Assembly: GCA_013239625.1 (NCBI GenBank)
Contig: MU053792.1
Location: 1,360,203-1,418,158, forward strand
Length of the DNA: 57,956 bases
Direction of reading: 5' to 3'
DNA from: Lama guanicoe
Lineage: Eukaryota
This document shows, in pieces, positions 1 to 12,739 of the stretch. How positions within the stretch are numbered: position 1 is the stretch's first letter; every line of letters begins with the position of its first letter. Below the pieces are notes generated by a model that saw only the letters and a program-made list of their open reading frames with translations, did not search any database and was not told the DNA's origin. Position numbers and translations under genes: made by a program.

Positions 1-395
1 ATATTCATATTCTTTTCCATTATGGTTTATTACAGGATATTGAGTACAGTTCCCTGTAGTATATACAGTAGGACCTTGTTGTTCATCTATTTTGTATATA
101 GTAATTTGTATCTGCTAGTCCAAAACTGCTAATTTATTCCTCTCCCACCCCCTTTCCCCTTTGGTAACCATCAGTTTGTTTTCTATGTCTATGAGTCTAT
201 TTCTGTTTTGTAAATAAGTTCATTTGTATCGCATTTTTAGAATCCACATATTAAGTGATATCCTATGGGATTTGTCTTTCACTTTCTGACCTCACTCAGT
301 ATGATAATCTCTAAGTCCTTCCATGTTGCTGCAAATGGCATTATTCCATTCTTTTTTATGGCTGAGTTGTATTCCATTATATATAAGTATACCAT
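1..395 (-). mobile_element. L1 3' region fragment
   Basis: Typical antisense L1 text: tttcccctttggtaaccat...ttctatgtctatgagtct...ccatgttgctgcaaatggcattatt...ttttatggctgag. Confidence 0.85.
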
Positions 396-584
396 GCAAG
401 ATGGCAGTTTTAAACATCAAGACCCATGACATTAGTAACAAATTGGAATTGTTTTAATAATTTAGTTTCAGCCATCTCATGAACTAATTATCCATTTGAT
501 TAACAATTGGGGAGAATTAGATACAGGTAGATTGTAGTTTTAGTAGGCACTGGAAAAATTCTTGAAGCGGGTATTATGAGCCTT

Positions 585-795
585 TTTTAAATGTATTTAT
601 TTTACAGTATATTTTTTTAATTGAGGTATAGTCGATGTACTATATTATATGTTACAGGTATACAGTTGAGTATTTCACAAATTTTTAAGGGTTAGGCTCC
701 ACTTATGGTTATTATAAACTATTGGCTCTATTCCCCATGTTGTGCAATACATCCTTGTACCTTACTTTATGCCTGATTGTTTATACCTCCTAATC
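585..795 (-). mobile_element. 5'-truncated L1 3' end flanked by a 101-bp direct repeat (484-584 and 796-896)
   Basis: T-rich head followed by ttttaattgaggtatagtcgatgtac...gttacaggtatacag...ttccccatgttgtgcaatac; flanking repeats visible directly. Confidence 0.75.
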
Positions 796-1946
796 CTAAT
801 TATCCATTTGATTAACAATCATGGAGAATTCGATACAGATAGATTGTAGTTTTAGTAGGCATTGGAAAAATTCTTGAAGTGGGTATTATGTGTCTTAATC
901 ACAATTTTTATTACATGTTGGGGCCCAGTGTTTTTGTGTGTAAGACGTATGATTCTAAAGAAAGGCAAGGTTTTACATACAAATACTTGATTTATACCCA
1001 ACTGTTTGGAAACACAGCAAACATAAAAACACAAGTGGGCTATAGACTAAACGTGGCCCTGGATATGTTTGGTTTGTCTCCACACATTGAGTCAACATTT
1101 CAAATTTAGGAGACTTGTGCAGAAATCTACATTTCAGAACTTCTCCTAAAGAATCAAATCTTGTCCCCCTTGAGCCCAGGCTCCCATGTGGTCTGCTCTG
1201 CAGAGGTGGCCCCTTCTCGGTGGGGCGTGTGTTCTCCAGTTTGCTGTCCTCACTTGTGACCTTGACTTACTCGGGCCACCTATGTTGCCTCTGTAAGCAT
1301 TTGAATTTACAATTCCTGTGGTATATTTTGATATATATTTCAAGATTTTAAAGACAGTCTATATTAATTTATAGTCTACTTCATATTTTATAATAATCCC
1401 TTAAGAGTGGGATGGAAGTTTTCAAATTAGAATTTGTAAGTTGGTTAAAGAAAAACTTTTTCTTTACATGAAAATTGTCATAGTCCCATTGGAATGTCTG
1501 CAAGCTTTATGAGATTAGTCGTAGTTGTAATTGGATAGGTTATGCATGTTGCAGATAGTATGGTATCTTTCTCCTCAGTGTGGCTCCTTAGAAATGTAGC
1601 TGATTCAGTAGCTGAATGGCTCTCTCTAGAGCAGTGTTTAGAGTGTCGGGAGTAGTAGTTGAGCAGTAAGGTAACTAGAGAATGCCTGATACTGCGATAG
1701 AAGCGTAGGTTCTTGGAACCAGCAAATGTCTGAAGTGAGTTTCAGAGAATAACTTCACAGGGAAACTTTCGAGGAGGTTAAGGAGGAACCTTTTAAAGAG
1801 AAGGAGCACAGAGGGGCAAGGAGGAAGGGGCTACTTTTTATTTAGTTAATAGTGTATGTTTAAGTTCAGAGACTTAAGTTTTTAAACTCACTTTTGAAAT
1901 TTCTATGTAATTTTACACATTGTCAACTGTTTTTACTATTTTATAG

Positions 1947-2053
1947 TATAAATACACACCACTTCTACTCGCCATCAGGGAGAACAGAGAAGAAATGGCC
2001 AAATTTTTGATAGAGAACGGGGCAAATATACATGCAGTCGACAAGCTGCAAAG
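1947..2053 (+). CDS. ANKRD26-like: ANKRD26-like exon, ankyrin repeat (YKYTPLLLAIRENREEMAKFLIENGANIHAVDKLQR)
   Basis: ttatag| ... |gtacaa; 107 nt; phase 0-2; ankyrin TPLxLA...L...GA motif. Confidence 0.93.
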
Positions 2054-2721
2054 GTACAATAGCGTGTTCTCTCTCTCTCTTTTTTATTTTAAATCTTAAT
2101 GTTGTTCTAAAGTAGTAACAGCCAATCAGAAAGATTAACTTAATAAGAAGAGGATTAACTTAGAATCAACACATCATCAGTTAGGTAGAAAAGCAATTAT
2201 TCTGCCTGGGTGTCACAAAGAGCAGTATGCAGCAGGATTCATCTTCCTTTATGATAGTGACTGATGTCATTTGCAACCTGATTTTTTTGGTCATACGATC
2301 TCACAATAGTTCAGGGGTTTCATTTTAGTTTATTAGTATGGACTCTTAATTTTAATTTACCTTATGAGACAGTGTTGAATTTCTTCATTCTTTTCTAATT
2401 TGTTTTAACCTCTTCTTGGTATATATTTTTTTCTTAAAAGATGCATATTAAACAAAGAAGAGTTTGTTTTGCTTTTTGGATGACTCTGCTTTAAATTGCT
2501 TTCTTTGAAGGATACTGATGTTATTAGGTTCTAAGTGAGTATGACTAAGAGAGTAACTATGACCAGATACTGTGGGCTCATCAGTTTTTATCCTTTTTCA
2601 TTTCTAGTACATTTTGATGTTTTTATTTTTAATTGATAATGGTAGAAGGAAGAAAAATAGCTTTAATTATTGAACAAACATTCCCTTTAAAGAAGACAAG
2701 TCTTTGGTGGATGATAAAGAG

Positions 2722-2935
2722 GAAAGAGCTGGGCTTTAGAGTCAGACGAGGTTGAATTCCCAGCTCTCCTGCTGGCCAGGTGTGTTACCTGGGGGACATG
2801 ACTTATTACCAACCAGTATGTTTCCTGACACGTAAAGGAGGGTCGTAGTACAGCCTTCAAGGGTGGTTGTGCCTAAGAAAGACCATACGTAGACTATTCA
2901 GGTTAGTGCCGGGCACATGCTTCTCAGCGTGATTA
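2722..2935 (+). mobile_element. MIR SINE (degenerate)
   Basis: gggctttagagtcagac...gttgaattcccagctct...tgtgttacctggggg, MIR head and core; boundaries approximate. Confidence 0.6.
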
Positions 2936-3352
2936 ACTGCAGCCGTGACTATTTTTATTGCCTTTTTTATTCATATTACTGTTTTCAGCCTGCAAACAGC
3001 TTCTCCTTACCTGAGCTCTAGCTGATTTTAAAGTATTATATTTCAGATGAGGGAAGAAATGGGGAATCCTTTATTTAAATCTTTACCTACTTCAGACAAG
3101 TGACCTCAGCATCTTTTCTTGTCCATCAGAGGACTTAAAATTAGCCACTTCTACTATGTGCTACCCAAGTAGGACAGGAGGCTTCTTTTTTGTCCCTCCA
3201 TTTTGGCCTTGGAGGTAATTTGCAAAGATGAGCACTCGAGCGTGTAAATGGTCAGTTCTCCAGGGGTGGGCAGGAGATTAACTTGGTAAAATAGGTCAAA
3301 TTAACTAAGTTAAGCTAAGTTCCTAAGGGCGAAGCTGTCTCTTTTATTTTAG

Positions 3353-3490
3353 ATCAGCACTCATGCTTGCCGTATATCATGACTCACCGGACATAGTCAA
3401 GCTGCTGCTTGAGAAAGGTGTTAATGCCGATTTGCTAGATGTACACGGACAGTCTGCTGAACAATATGCTTCTTATAGTGGTTTTAAACA
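3353..3490 (+). CDS. ANKRD26-like: ANKRD26-like exon, ankyrin repeat (SALMLAVYHDSPDIVKLLLEKGVNADLLDVHGQSAEQYASYSGFK)
   Basis: ttttag| ... |gtaagt; 138 nt; phase 2-2; ankyrin consensus. Confidence 0.93.
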
Positions 3491-4944
3491 GTAAGTGTTT
3501 ACATTAAAGTGCCAGTTATCTCTAAACTGAGGTTGGAAATGACCTAACTGTTACTTGTAATGTGACAGGTGAGAGTTCCTAGTTGGGAGCAGGCACTTTG
3601 GGGATGGCAGTGAGACCTTCCCCATCACCAGCTGGAAACCAGCAAAAGGCCAGACTAGTGAGATGGAGCAGTGGGCACAGGGTTCTTTATCTCAGGGTTT
3701 GTAAGACCTTTTTCCTTAGGTTCCTGCTGTTCTCCATTTCATTCCAGTGTAACCCCAATGCATGGGGTACAAATAATGTCACATACCTGATTTTTCTAAC
3801 TAGTTATTTGGGTCTTGAAATGTTTAGTAGAGCAGAAAATCCTGTATTTGCCTTTGGGGACTTTCTTCTATAATCTTCCTCTTGAATTTTCCAGGAACCT
3901 AAGGGATTCCCTAAGGCCACAGTGACGATCCTCTCCCACAAGGCATTGGGGCAGCGCGAGGGCATGCTAATCGTTCTCTTGTTTCCCTTGATTCTGTTGC
4001 TGCAGCGTTGGTACTAAAACTGGTTTTAACAGGATCTCCTCGGCAGCTGGGTCTGGGGTCTGGATGTTGCTCTCTAAAGACCTTTAATAAAATTTTCAAA
4101 GAAGAAAAGGAAAAAGAAACTGGTCCTGCAGTCGGGTCGTGCCTGACCTCTGCTCCTGGGATGCCTGTGCTGATCCAGTTTCCGCGGTCTTCGTGGTGAT
4201 CGACACGTAAACTTCAGCATGACAGCTTGTTTAGTTCTCATACATATGCTTGTATGAGGTCATATACTTATAAATAAGTTTAACTACAAGTTAGATAGTA
4301 GCTGAGGTGCCCTGAATTATAAACCACGAAGAACAGCTAATCACCGTAATTTGTAACATTTTCTGAAAACTACCACATTTAAATGTTACACCTAGGAAAG
4401 AAAACACACATTGGGTTTTATTTGGGATTCTCAAATAGTTCCAGCATTTAAGTTCAGGAAGAAATTTTTCCATTCTGCCACTAATTCTCTGAGCATCTGG
4501 GGGATACATTATCTCATTAAATCTTCGTAATACTTTTACGAGTATTAATAACTAACTGCCTAACAAGACAGTAAGATCCCAGTTTTATAAAGGGAGACTT
4601 TGAGCTGAAGAGAAGCAACTTTTCCAGGAACAAATAGCTGTTGGTTATAGAGCTGGGACTTCTGAGTTCGAGATACTTTCCATATGTCAGGCTCGCTCTA
4701 GTTAACTTACTGAGCTGTACTGCCCTCAGTTCATGACTACTTCATCTTTTTTTTCTTTTTTAATTATACATGCTAAATTTAAAAGTTTGTAGATTGTACA
4801 AATTTGAAGTATATGGGACAATTGAAGTTTTGATACTACCTTTGATATTGTGTGAAATAATCTAAGAATTTAATATATTTGGTAGTTGTGTTTCATATTA
4901 GTATTCAAGTAGTAATATTTATTTATCACCTTTTTTATACATAG

Positions 4945-5027
4945 CCTTTACCAACTGATTGTCGACTACAGAGCCGGAAAGATACCAAATACTTCCCCTC
5001 AAAATAGCGACCTAGGACAGAGTTCTG
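4945..5027 (+). CDS. ANKRD26-like: ANKRD26-like exon (LYQLIVDYRAGKIPNTSPQNSDLGQSS)
   Basis: acatag| acceptor; resembles HQLISEYKEERIPKHSSQNSNS. The expected donor after 5015 reads GA; an in-frame GT donor follows 5027. Confidence 0.8.
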
Positions 5028-7084
5028 GTAATAAGTTACTCTTGTTGGGCCTACCATAGATAAGGAAGATTGAGGAACTTTTAATAATGAAAGAGCAGTG
5101 ATAAAAGCCAGTGTGTAAATTTCATGTATGTTTTTATTTTTTAATTAATTTTTTCCTAAAGGTCTAGTATTCAGAATTATTCGAGAAGTTAATTGTAGGT
5201 AATTTAAAATCTGGGACAATATTGTCTGAAAAGAAATTCATTTATTTAATCATGGCCCCTGAAATCCCATATTATATCTTTGTGTAAATAAGAAAAACAG
5301 GTTTTTAACTTTGTTGTACATTTCCTGTAACATTATAACAAGTTGGCCTTGTTACAGAACTGGCTCTTTAATTTTTAAATGGATTACATTGGGTAAATGA
5401 ATGCTAGTTATTGCATAGTGATTAGCCTCACTAAAAAGTGATCGTCTTTAAAACTGGGAGCTTGGCAATACCTTCCTGGTGCTATAAACAAATGGCCAAC
5501 AATTAGAACTGCACATCTCGGCCAGTGTGCAGCATACTAACAAGAGATTGTTTTTTAAAGATACCTAGTGATAGTGCAGAAGTCAGGAAAGCAGTGCCTT
5601 GTTGAGAAGCAGTGGTTACTTTTCGCATCATTACACCAACAAGGTCTCTCTTACCGATTTCATTCCTCAGAAGTGCAGGGTGCGACATGTTGCCTTCATG
5701 AGAGTCAGATGCTTTCTTCTTTTTTTGGGGATACTTGTCATGAAACTATAATTTTGTTAGAACAAGATTGTTGCCATTAGTTAAAGGATTGTGATAATAA
5801 ATACTCAAATAGCACAACTCAGGAGTCAACAAAGTGTAATAAAAGCACAGAAGTGCTTCACATAAAAAAAAAAGGACTGTGTTGCCTAGGTGTGACCCCT
5901 CGCGTGCTGTTCAGTCTGAACTGTGTGAGGGCACCTTAAACCTGGTAGACCTGGATCAAGCAAAGAACTTCTGCTGTAGGAAATACAAAGACAGAATAGA
6001 CAAGAGTTTTGGTTTTCACGGTGCTCGTAACACAACAGAGTTGTCCCTGGTTAATATCTGTATTTTTTAACAGGACTTTCAAAGAAAACATTCTTGTCTG
6101 TTAATTCATCCACTTAACAGATGACTCTCAAGTGTGTTTTAGGTACTGAGCGCCACTCTGACATTGCAGGATGCAAACAGGTCACAAGCGCAGTTCCTGG
6201 CCTCCGGGAGCTTGTTCCTGTCATCCTTGTTTGTATGATTTGCTTTACTTTAGTCTGTGCTTCCTGTGTCCCAGAGCTCACTAGGACTTTGTAGCTGTCT
6301 TTATGTATTTTTTATTGGCATTTAATATGTGCCAGATACTTTAAGTCCATGGTGAGGAAAGTTGTTTTTTAAAAGTGGGTAGGATGTCAGGCAAGCCATG
6401 CAGAGCGAGTAGAAGTTTGCCAGGGAAGGAGGCAGAAGGGCAGTGTTTGGTGGGTGGAACATCTTTGAAGATTACATTTGGCAGAAAGGACAGCGGTGAA
6501 GAGGCTAAGATGTGCCAGTGAACTTTGCAGGATCTATGAGTTTCGTGTTGGTGGTGCAAAAATGCTGCTGTAGGAATGGTTGGGAACGAGGTGACTATCT
6601 AGCTCAGGCACGCTTCTGAAAGCCTTTCTAGTACTATAGAAAGGAGGAGGTCTGCTGTAGACCTTGGGAGATGTGTCAGAATGCTTTCAGCTGCAAATAA
6701 TAAGAGACCTAAGTAACAGTGGGTACAGCAACAGGAGTCAGGATTGTTTAGAAGGTTCGGTGATGTCATCAGACGCTGTCCCTCCTTCAGCTGTGAGGCT
6801 GCTGGTGTTTGATGTCGCCTTCCCTGGTCTGCTGATTGGCAGCAGCTCCAAGCGTCATCTTCTCGCATGACAGTATCCACAGGCGAGGAGGGCTGCTTCT
6901 CTCTGCATGTTTCCTGTTAACGAGGAAGAAAACAGAGACGCTTCCAGTAGACTTCCCCTAGCATCTTACTGGCTGGGCTACATCGCAGGCTCATTCCTAA
7001 ACCAGCCACTGGGAAGGGAGATGTAGTTACTGTGATGACTGTTGAATAATCATTTCTCTTTACCTTCTTCTCATACTGGAGCAG

Positions 7085-7201
7085 AGAACATCCAAGGAAA
7101 GTTGCAGTTGTCCGGCAAGGATGACGAAGAAGAAATTGTTGTCGAGTTGGAAACCAGCAATGGCGGCTGCACGGATTCACCGAAGAATATTGAGCAGAAG
7201 A
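7085..7201 (+). CDS. Candidate cassette exon (ENIQGKLQLSGKDDEEEIVVELETSNGGCTDSPKNIEQK)
   Basis: Long pyrimidine tract, GAGCAG tandem acceptor, |gtaaga donor; 117 nt, open frame, phase 1-1 matching its neighbours. No homology recalled. Confidence 0.5.
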
Positions 7202-7249
7202 GTAAGAAGATTCGATTAGAGTCTTAGGGTTTCCTGTTATGACACAAAG

Positions 7250-7445
7250 CAGGGATGCACAAGCTTTTTCTGTAAAGGACCGGAGAGTCAATATTTTAGG
7301 CCATGTGGTGTCTGTCACATCTACTCACGTCTGCCATTGCAGTGTGAAAGCAGCCCTAGACAGTATGTGAGCGAATAGGGATGACTGTGCCCAGATAACA
7401 TGAGGCTGACAAAGCCAAATGGGGTGGGTTTGTCCCATGGGTGTC
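7250..7445 (+). mobile_element. MER58-like hAT-Charlie DNA transposon
   Basis: caggga...tttttctgtaaaggacc...aatattttaggccat...tctgtcacatctactc..tctgccattgcagtgtgaaagcagcc..agaca. Confidence 0.75.
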
Positions 7446-7806
7446 GTCCAGAAACACCACACTGTGTGAGCCTGACGTTGTCAGTTTATGATGCTGATTC
7501 TACTAACAATTATCATTTTTTGTGAGTCTCATAAAGTTTGGTTGGGATTTTGGTTCCTGTAAACAGCAGTTCACTTTAAGATATCAAATTTGGATAAACA
7601 CCCTTTGTTTTTGATAAATATGAAGGAGGGAAGTGGTTTTTATGCATTAATCACCTACCAGGAGTGTACTCAATATTCACTCAAGTGTGTAGTCCCAGGT
7701 GTGGTCCCAAAGGAATGCTTTTTAACAAAACATTGGTCTTACACTTTTAATATTCTGTATTTTTCTATTGCTGATATAGAATCTATTTTACTTTTTTCTT
7801 TAATAG

Positions 7807-7858
7807 CGGATTTAGTGGTTGAGTTTTCACCGAGGTTTGAAGACATCTCTGTCATCGG
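7807..7858 (+). CDS. ANKRD26-like: ANKRD26-like exon (DLVVEFSPRFEDISVIG)
   Basis: taatag| (alternative in-frame acceptor giving a start at 7816) ... |gtagga; phase 1-2; position of the VDESSEDSLSR exon. Confidence 0.7.
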
Positions 7859-8229
7859 GTAGGATTTTATGGATTTTTCAAAATATGTTGACTAAGGGAA
7901 CACAGAGAAAAGAAACAAGGCTTGTTGAGTGTCCTGGGTTAGACACCGAGTTATGTACTTGACATTTGTTACCTCGTACAGTCACCATAACAGCTTTGCA
8001 GAGTAGCTGTGCTCTTCTTGCAGCTTACTGTCAGTTAGGCAGCTGTGGTTTAAGGAGGTGACTAGTTGACCCATGATTCCATGGTTAACAAGTAGTTGAC
8101 CTGTGACTTAACCATCAGGCAGCCTGGCCCCCAAATCTGCTTTCTTATCCCTCAGCATAGACTTTTGTCACTTTTGTTTGTTTAAAGAAATGAACTCACT
8201 CATTTTTGACATGTATTTTTGCTCCAAAG

Positions 8230-8299
8230 TATTTCACCGAAACATGATGTTGATGATTCAAGGCCTCCATCAGACGGTGACTTAGATCTTGCTCCCAAG
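8230..8299 (+). CDS. ANKRD26-like: ANKRD26-like exon (ISPKHDVDDSRPPSDGDLDLAPK)
   Basis: ccaaag| ... |gtaaag; 70 nt; phase 2-0; resembles LSGKPGVDDSWPTSDDEDLNFDTK. Confidence 0.88.
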
Positions 8300-10928
8300 G
8301 TAAAGTGTTTTCTTGTGAAATTAGTTTTTCTGCTCTGAATTTAGTTTTGCGTAGTATTTACTGTTAAAATTTAGCAGTGGCCTGCCTATCATTGTTTTAC
8401 GTTTGTATTAGAAAGTTGGTCAGAGTAAACCATTTTATAAAAATATGACAGGTTGAATTTTTTTCGTTTTTTACTTTGGTAAATACTGAAGATGAGGCTG
8501 AAGTAAAATGGAGTAGAAAATAGATCGTGACAGGAAAACTGTACTGTGAAAAGGTTTCCCACAACAGAGGAAGTGTGAAGCTTGCCCAAGGATAAGGATT
8601 CTTTGACTTTTAAAAACACACTGACGGCACTTGTGTAATACACTCGTAGGGACATCTTCAGTGCACACAGCTACTTACTGTGATAATCATGGCCTCTTCC
8701 TGGGGCCTTCCAGTTCCAAAACTACGTAGCATGTATCTTTTTTTTTCCCCTTGGACACTTTTTATTTTGGTATCAGACTTGTGAGGGAAGAGGGTTTTTT
8801 TTTTTTCCTTTATTTCTATCTCTGGTTCTGCATTAAGACTAAAATAATAGTTGAAATTATAGAAACTTAGAAATTAAAATTCCGTTTCCCAAACCCATGT
8901 TATAAAGAGATTCCTCCGTGTTTTCTAAATTATCTCATTTTGAGTATATTCAAAACTTGTCATCTAATTGAAGAGTACATGTTTTCCCTAAAATAACAGC
9001 CAGCTCTCAAAGTAGACTCCTAATAACAACCATATAATAAAACCTACTTCAGAATTCTTTTGTATTATAGTTTTAAAAAGTATGTCCAGTCCTCGTGTCC
9101 CATCCTAAAACTTCAAGTTTCAGATATTTTGTAGTATAGTTATTTCCATGCTCATTTTATAGCCCCTGCATCAGTATACACCGCTAGAGATTAGGCAACG
9201 TAATTGTTCATTTCCTAGAGCACCGAGAATAAGGTCTTAAATGTAAGAAGCATTTTATTATTTTTTGAGTGTGAATGCATGAAGAGACATGGAATTCTGC
9301 ATCATGCTGCAGGTACTGTAACGTGCACACTCTATCATAATGAAATCTATTTGACGGTACAGGTAACACGATATGCGTACTATGTCATAGTGAAATTACT
9401 CAGATTCTAAAAATATGACTTAAATTTCTATTCCCTTTATTTAGGCTGTAAAAGTTCAATTGTTATGAGAGGAAGTACGTCATAAATGCTGAGGAAATAG
9501 ATAAGAAGTATATGATAAATAGAAATGTTACAGTCTGTTTTTCAGTATCCACCAACTGTTAGCTTAGAATTTGAGATGAAAACTTTTTAACCTCCTTTTA
9601 GCCCCCTCTCATGTTCCATTAAATATATCTTTTCAAGCTATGTATTATCCTTAGAATCCTGATTACCAGTTCTTTCTCTAGGTGGAAATTTGATATGTTA
9701 GGAACTTCCTAAAATCTATTTTTCTGTCTCTCTAGTAATAATTTGCAGCATTCAGGTAGTGAGAGAGTACCATGTTCAGTTGAGTGACTTAGAGTGACAA
9801 AATTTAACTCTTATAGTAGTATTTACAAACAAACAGTTGTAGAGTAATACAGGTCAGCATTATTGGGGATATACTATGAACAAAGGCCTTTGTTATATAT
9901 ATATGTTTTATATATCATGTATTTTGATATTTTTATAAAACTTGAATAATATATATACTTGCATATACAATTTATGTATTTTTATATATATAATAAAAAG
10001 GTAAAACAGAGGCTTTCACTCATATTATATCCCTAACAATACTGATATATCCCTGATCTATTATATTTAAGTGCTGAAATATATGTATTTCTCCACATGC
10101 GTTGTTATACTTACGTTTTCCTTTTTTTCTTGCCTGAAGTTTGTACTTGACTAGTCATGTCTCATTTTTTGTTTTCTTCCTCCTTCCCACTTTTTTTTTT
10201 TAATGATTTGCCCCAAACCTAATATTTCTTTGCAGAAAACACTTCTTCGGTGTCTGGTCTTTCAGTCCGTCTCACTCTGCCTCTGTGAACATGTTTAGTG
10301 ACAGCTTTCTGTTTGCTATGTGTGTGGCTTTCACTCATGAGTCATTGCCCCTCAGAATTTCTTTTGTTTTTATTCCTCTTTCTTAGAAGTAGCTGAATTT
10401 GAACAATCATTTGTCTTTAGTTTTTTGGCGAATGGAATAGAAGTAGCTTATACTGTCTGCTGTTCTAACTCATCCAAATAAGATACTGCTAAAAAGTAAA
10501 CTCTCATATTTCCCCCATGAGAGATCATTCACACATGTATAAATCATGCAAGCACATTTCAAAATATAACAATCACTTTAAATTTCTTAATGTTAGTTTT
10601 TTCAATAGGACTCTAAACTATCAGGGATATGTTTTTGTTCTAGATCATTTTGGTCAAGAAAGTCTTCTAGTGGATACCGTAGTGTTTGTATAATAATCAA
10701 TGAGGGGTAAAGAATGTAACATTTTGGGACCCCTGAGGTCATCTGTCATAATCCTCACCCCATGAGAAGATGTAGGTTGGTAAATGACAGACCCAGGACT
10801 TGCATCCATATCTGGATGATTCCAAAGCCAGGGCTCTTTGTGTTAGATCATCTAGGAATGGGGAATGTTATAATTATTTTATTCAATTTCATATCTGTTG
10901 TTCTTAAAGCTGTTATTTTCTTCTCTAG

Positions 10929-10989
10929 AAAGTCCAGCATCCAAGATTCGCAAAGCTAATTCAGGCCTGGCAAGAACGCATGATAAACA
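10929..10989 (+). CDS. ANKRD26-like: ANKRD26-like exon (KVQHPRFAKLIQAWQERMIN)
   Basis: ctctag| ... |gtaagt; 61 nt; phase 0-1. Confidence 0.88.
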
Positions 10990-11076
10990 GTAAGTTATTT
11001 GAAGACTGTCTTTTTGTGTTTTCACTGATGAGAAATTATAGGTAATTTCATCTACCATACCTTGTTGTCACTACAG

Positions 11077-11264
11077 CAGAGGCAAAAGATGGTGTTTTGA
11101 AACCAGGAACTAGCACCTTCTTTGAGGACAGTAATTCTAATAATGAAAATGAAGATGCGGTTAGAACCTTTCCCCAACCATCCACCGAAGTTTCAGGCTT
11201 TTCTCATCCTGCCTTCCCAGTACTGGCTCCTCTCACGTCTTCAGCAGACCTTGGTGTTACAGGG
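11077..11264 (+). CDS. ANKRD26-like: ANKRD26-like exon (EAKDGVLKPGTSTFFEDSNSNNENED...FSHPAFP...SADLGVTG)
   Basis: ctacag| ... |gtaagt; 188 nt; phase 1-0; overlaps ORF 11097..11285. Confidence 0.9.
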
Positions 11265-11819
11265 GTAAGTCATTTTGTTTTTTAACTTTTTCTTCCTGTG
11301 CTTTTTCACTTATCATCCCCCTGATTCTCATGGGATGAAAAGGATCCTACACAGAAATGGAAGTCCTCAAGATCACAATAGAAAACAGTGTGATAACAAG
11401 AGAGGTACACGTGCAGGACTGAGATTTGTTAAGGTTGGTGGCAATAAACAGTTCTCAAAAATGCCATTAAGAAAAGAAAGAGTAAGAAAGCAACTGGAAA
11501 GAACAGCTGGATGAATATGAAGATGGGCAGGGGTACAAAGGGGAAGGGTTCATCTAATAAGGACAAGATGAATATAAAGATAAACGAGTGTCAAAATGAG
11601 AGAGATGATTATACAGACACAGCAGAAATAGTGGGGTTAAGTGAGAGCAGGAACTCTGTAGTACAAATTATGATAGAAATCACCTCAAATTCAAATTAAG
11701 AGAAGGAAAAGTCAGCTCATGGAAAAAAGTGCTCAGACTCTTCTGAAGGACATATAGCTGATTTTATGCACATCAGAAAGAAAATTTGACCCTCACCTTT
11801 TTTCTTTTTGGTTATAGAA

Positions 11820-11977
11820 GTTTGTTTTTTAATTCAAATGTAGTTGATGTACAGTATTGTATGAGTTACAGGTGTGCAGTAAAGTGACTTGGCTATACAT
11901 ATATATGTATTTATCTAATTCTTTCTCTTTTCTTTTCCATTATAGTTTTTTGTGAGATACTGAATATAGTTCCCTAT
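11820..11977 (-). mobile_element. Short L1 3' end fragment
   Basis: ttttttaattcaaatgtagttgatgtacag...ttttccattatag...gatactgaatatagttccct; same text as positions 1-55. Confidence 0.7.
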
Positions 11978-12551
11978 GGAAGTTAGTTTTAACTTGAAGT
12001 TATTTCTTTTTTTTTAGAAATCCTCACATTTAAATTAATGAAGTGATGTCTTACATTTAATCTAGCAAATTTTGTCTCTCCATTCCGTCCCCAGTAACTG
12101 AGTTCTAGTTTTCCATGTGACTTATCATGCTGTTTCACACCTCGACCTTTGGCTCAGGCTGCCCTTTTTAGAACCCCCTTCACATCTGCTCTTTGCACTG
12201 GGTCTGTCTTTTAAGACACAGTCTGGTCTTCCCAGCATTCCCGGAGCTATTGACATGCAGCAAGTCTCTTCTCTCCTTTGTGCCCTTACTGTGTCTGTTC
12301 ACTGCAGGTGTAGAGCTGTTCAATGATACTTGTCTGTGTTGATTGATTTTCATGTGTCTCTACCTCCCCTAGAATATAGAGCAGAATCTGTCTTTTATGT
12401 ATATTGCCAGCTTCTCCCAGGAGAATGCCTATGATTTGATGGATACAGTAACTATATGTTGTCTTCCTGACTGATTGATTGAATGACCAAGTGTAGGAAT
12501 ATGATGTTTTCTGATGTTGGGTTTTTGTTACATTGTGTTTTGTTTTTATAG

Positions 12552-12681
12552 GAAGAGGCAACAAAGCCAAAAACTGGGGGAAAAGAGAACGGCAGTCGGA
12601 CTACTAACAGTGTTCTAAAGGAGCAAGCAGATCATAGCAAATTGGTTTCTACTGACAGAGCATGCAAAGTTGACAAAGGTG
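12552..12681 (+). CDS. ANKRD26-like: ANKRD26-like exon (EEATKPKTGGKENGSRTTNSVLKEQADHSKLVSTDRACKVDKG)
   Basis: ttatag| ... |gtaagt; 130 nt; phase 0-1. Confidence 0.9.
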
Positions 12682-12739
12682 GTAAGTCAGTGAGCATCTG
12701 TGGGCTTTCTTCTCTGCTTAAAAGCTAGTGTGGTTGGAA

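Noticed and set aside
8389..8668. Cys-containing minus-strand ORFs
   Set aside because: No zinc-finger spacing or splice support; length is consistent with chance
11300..11790. Purine-rich block resembling a coiled-coil exon
   Set aside because: Open frames are short, I found no convincing splice pair, and I recognise no family similarity
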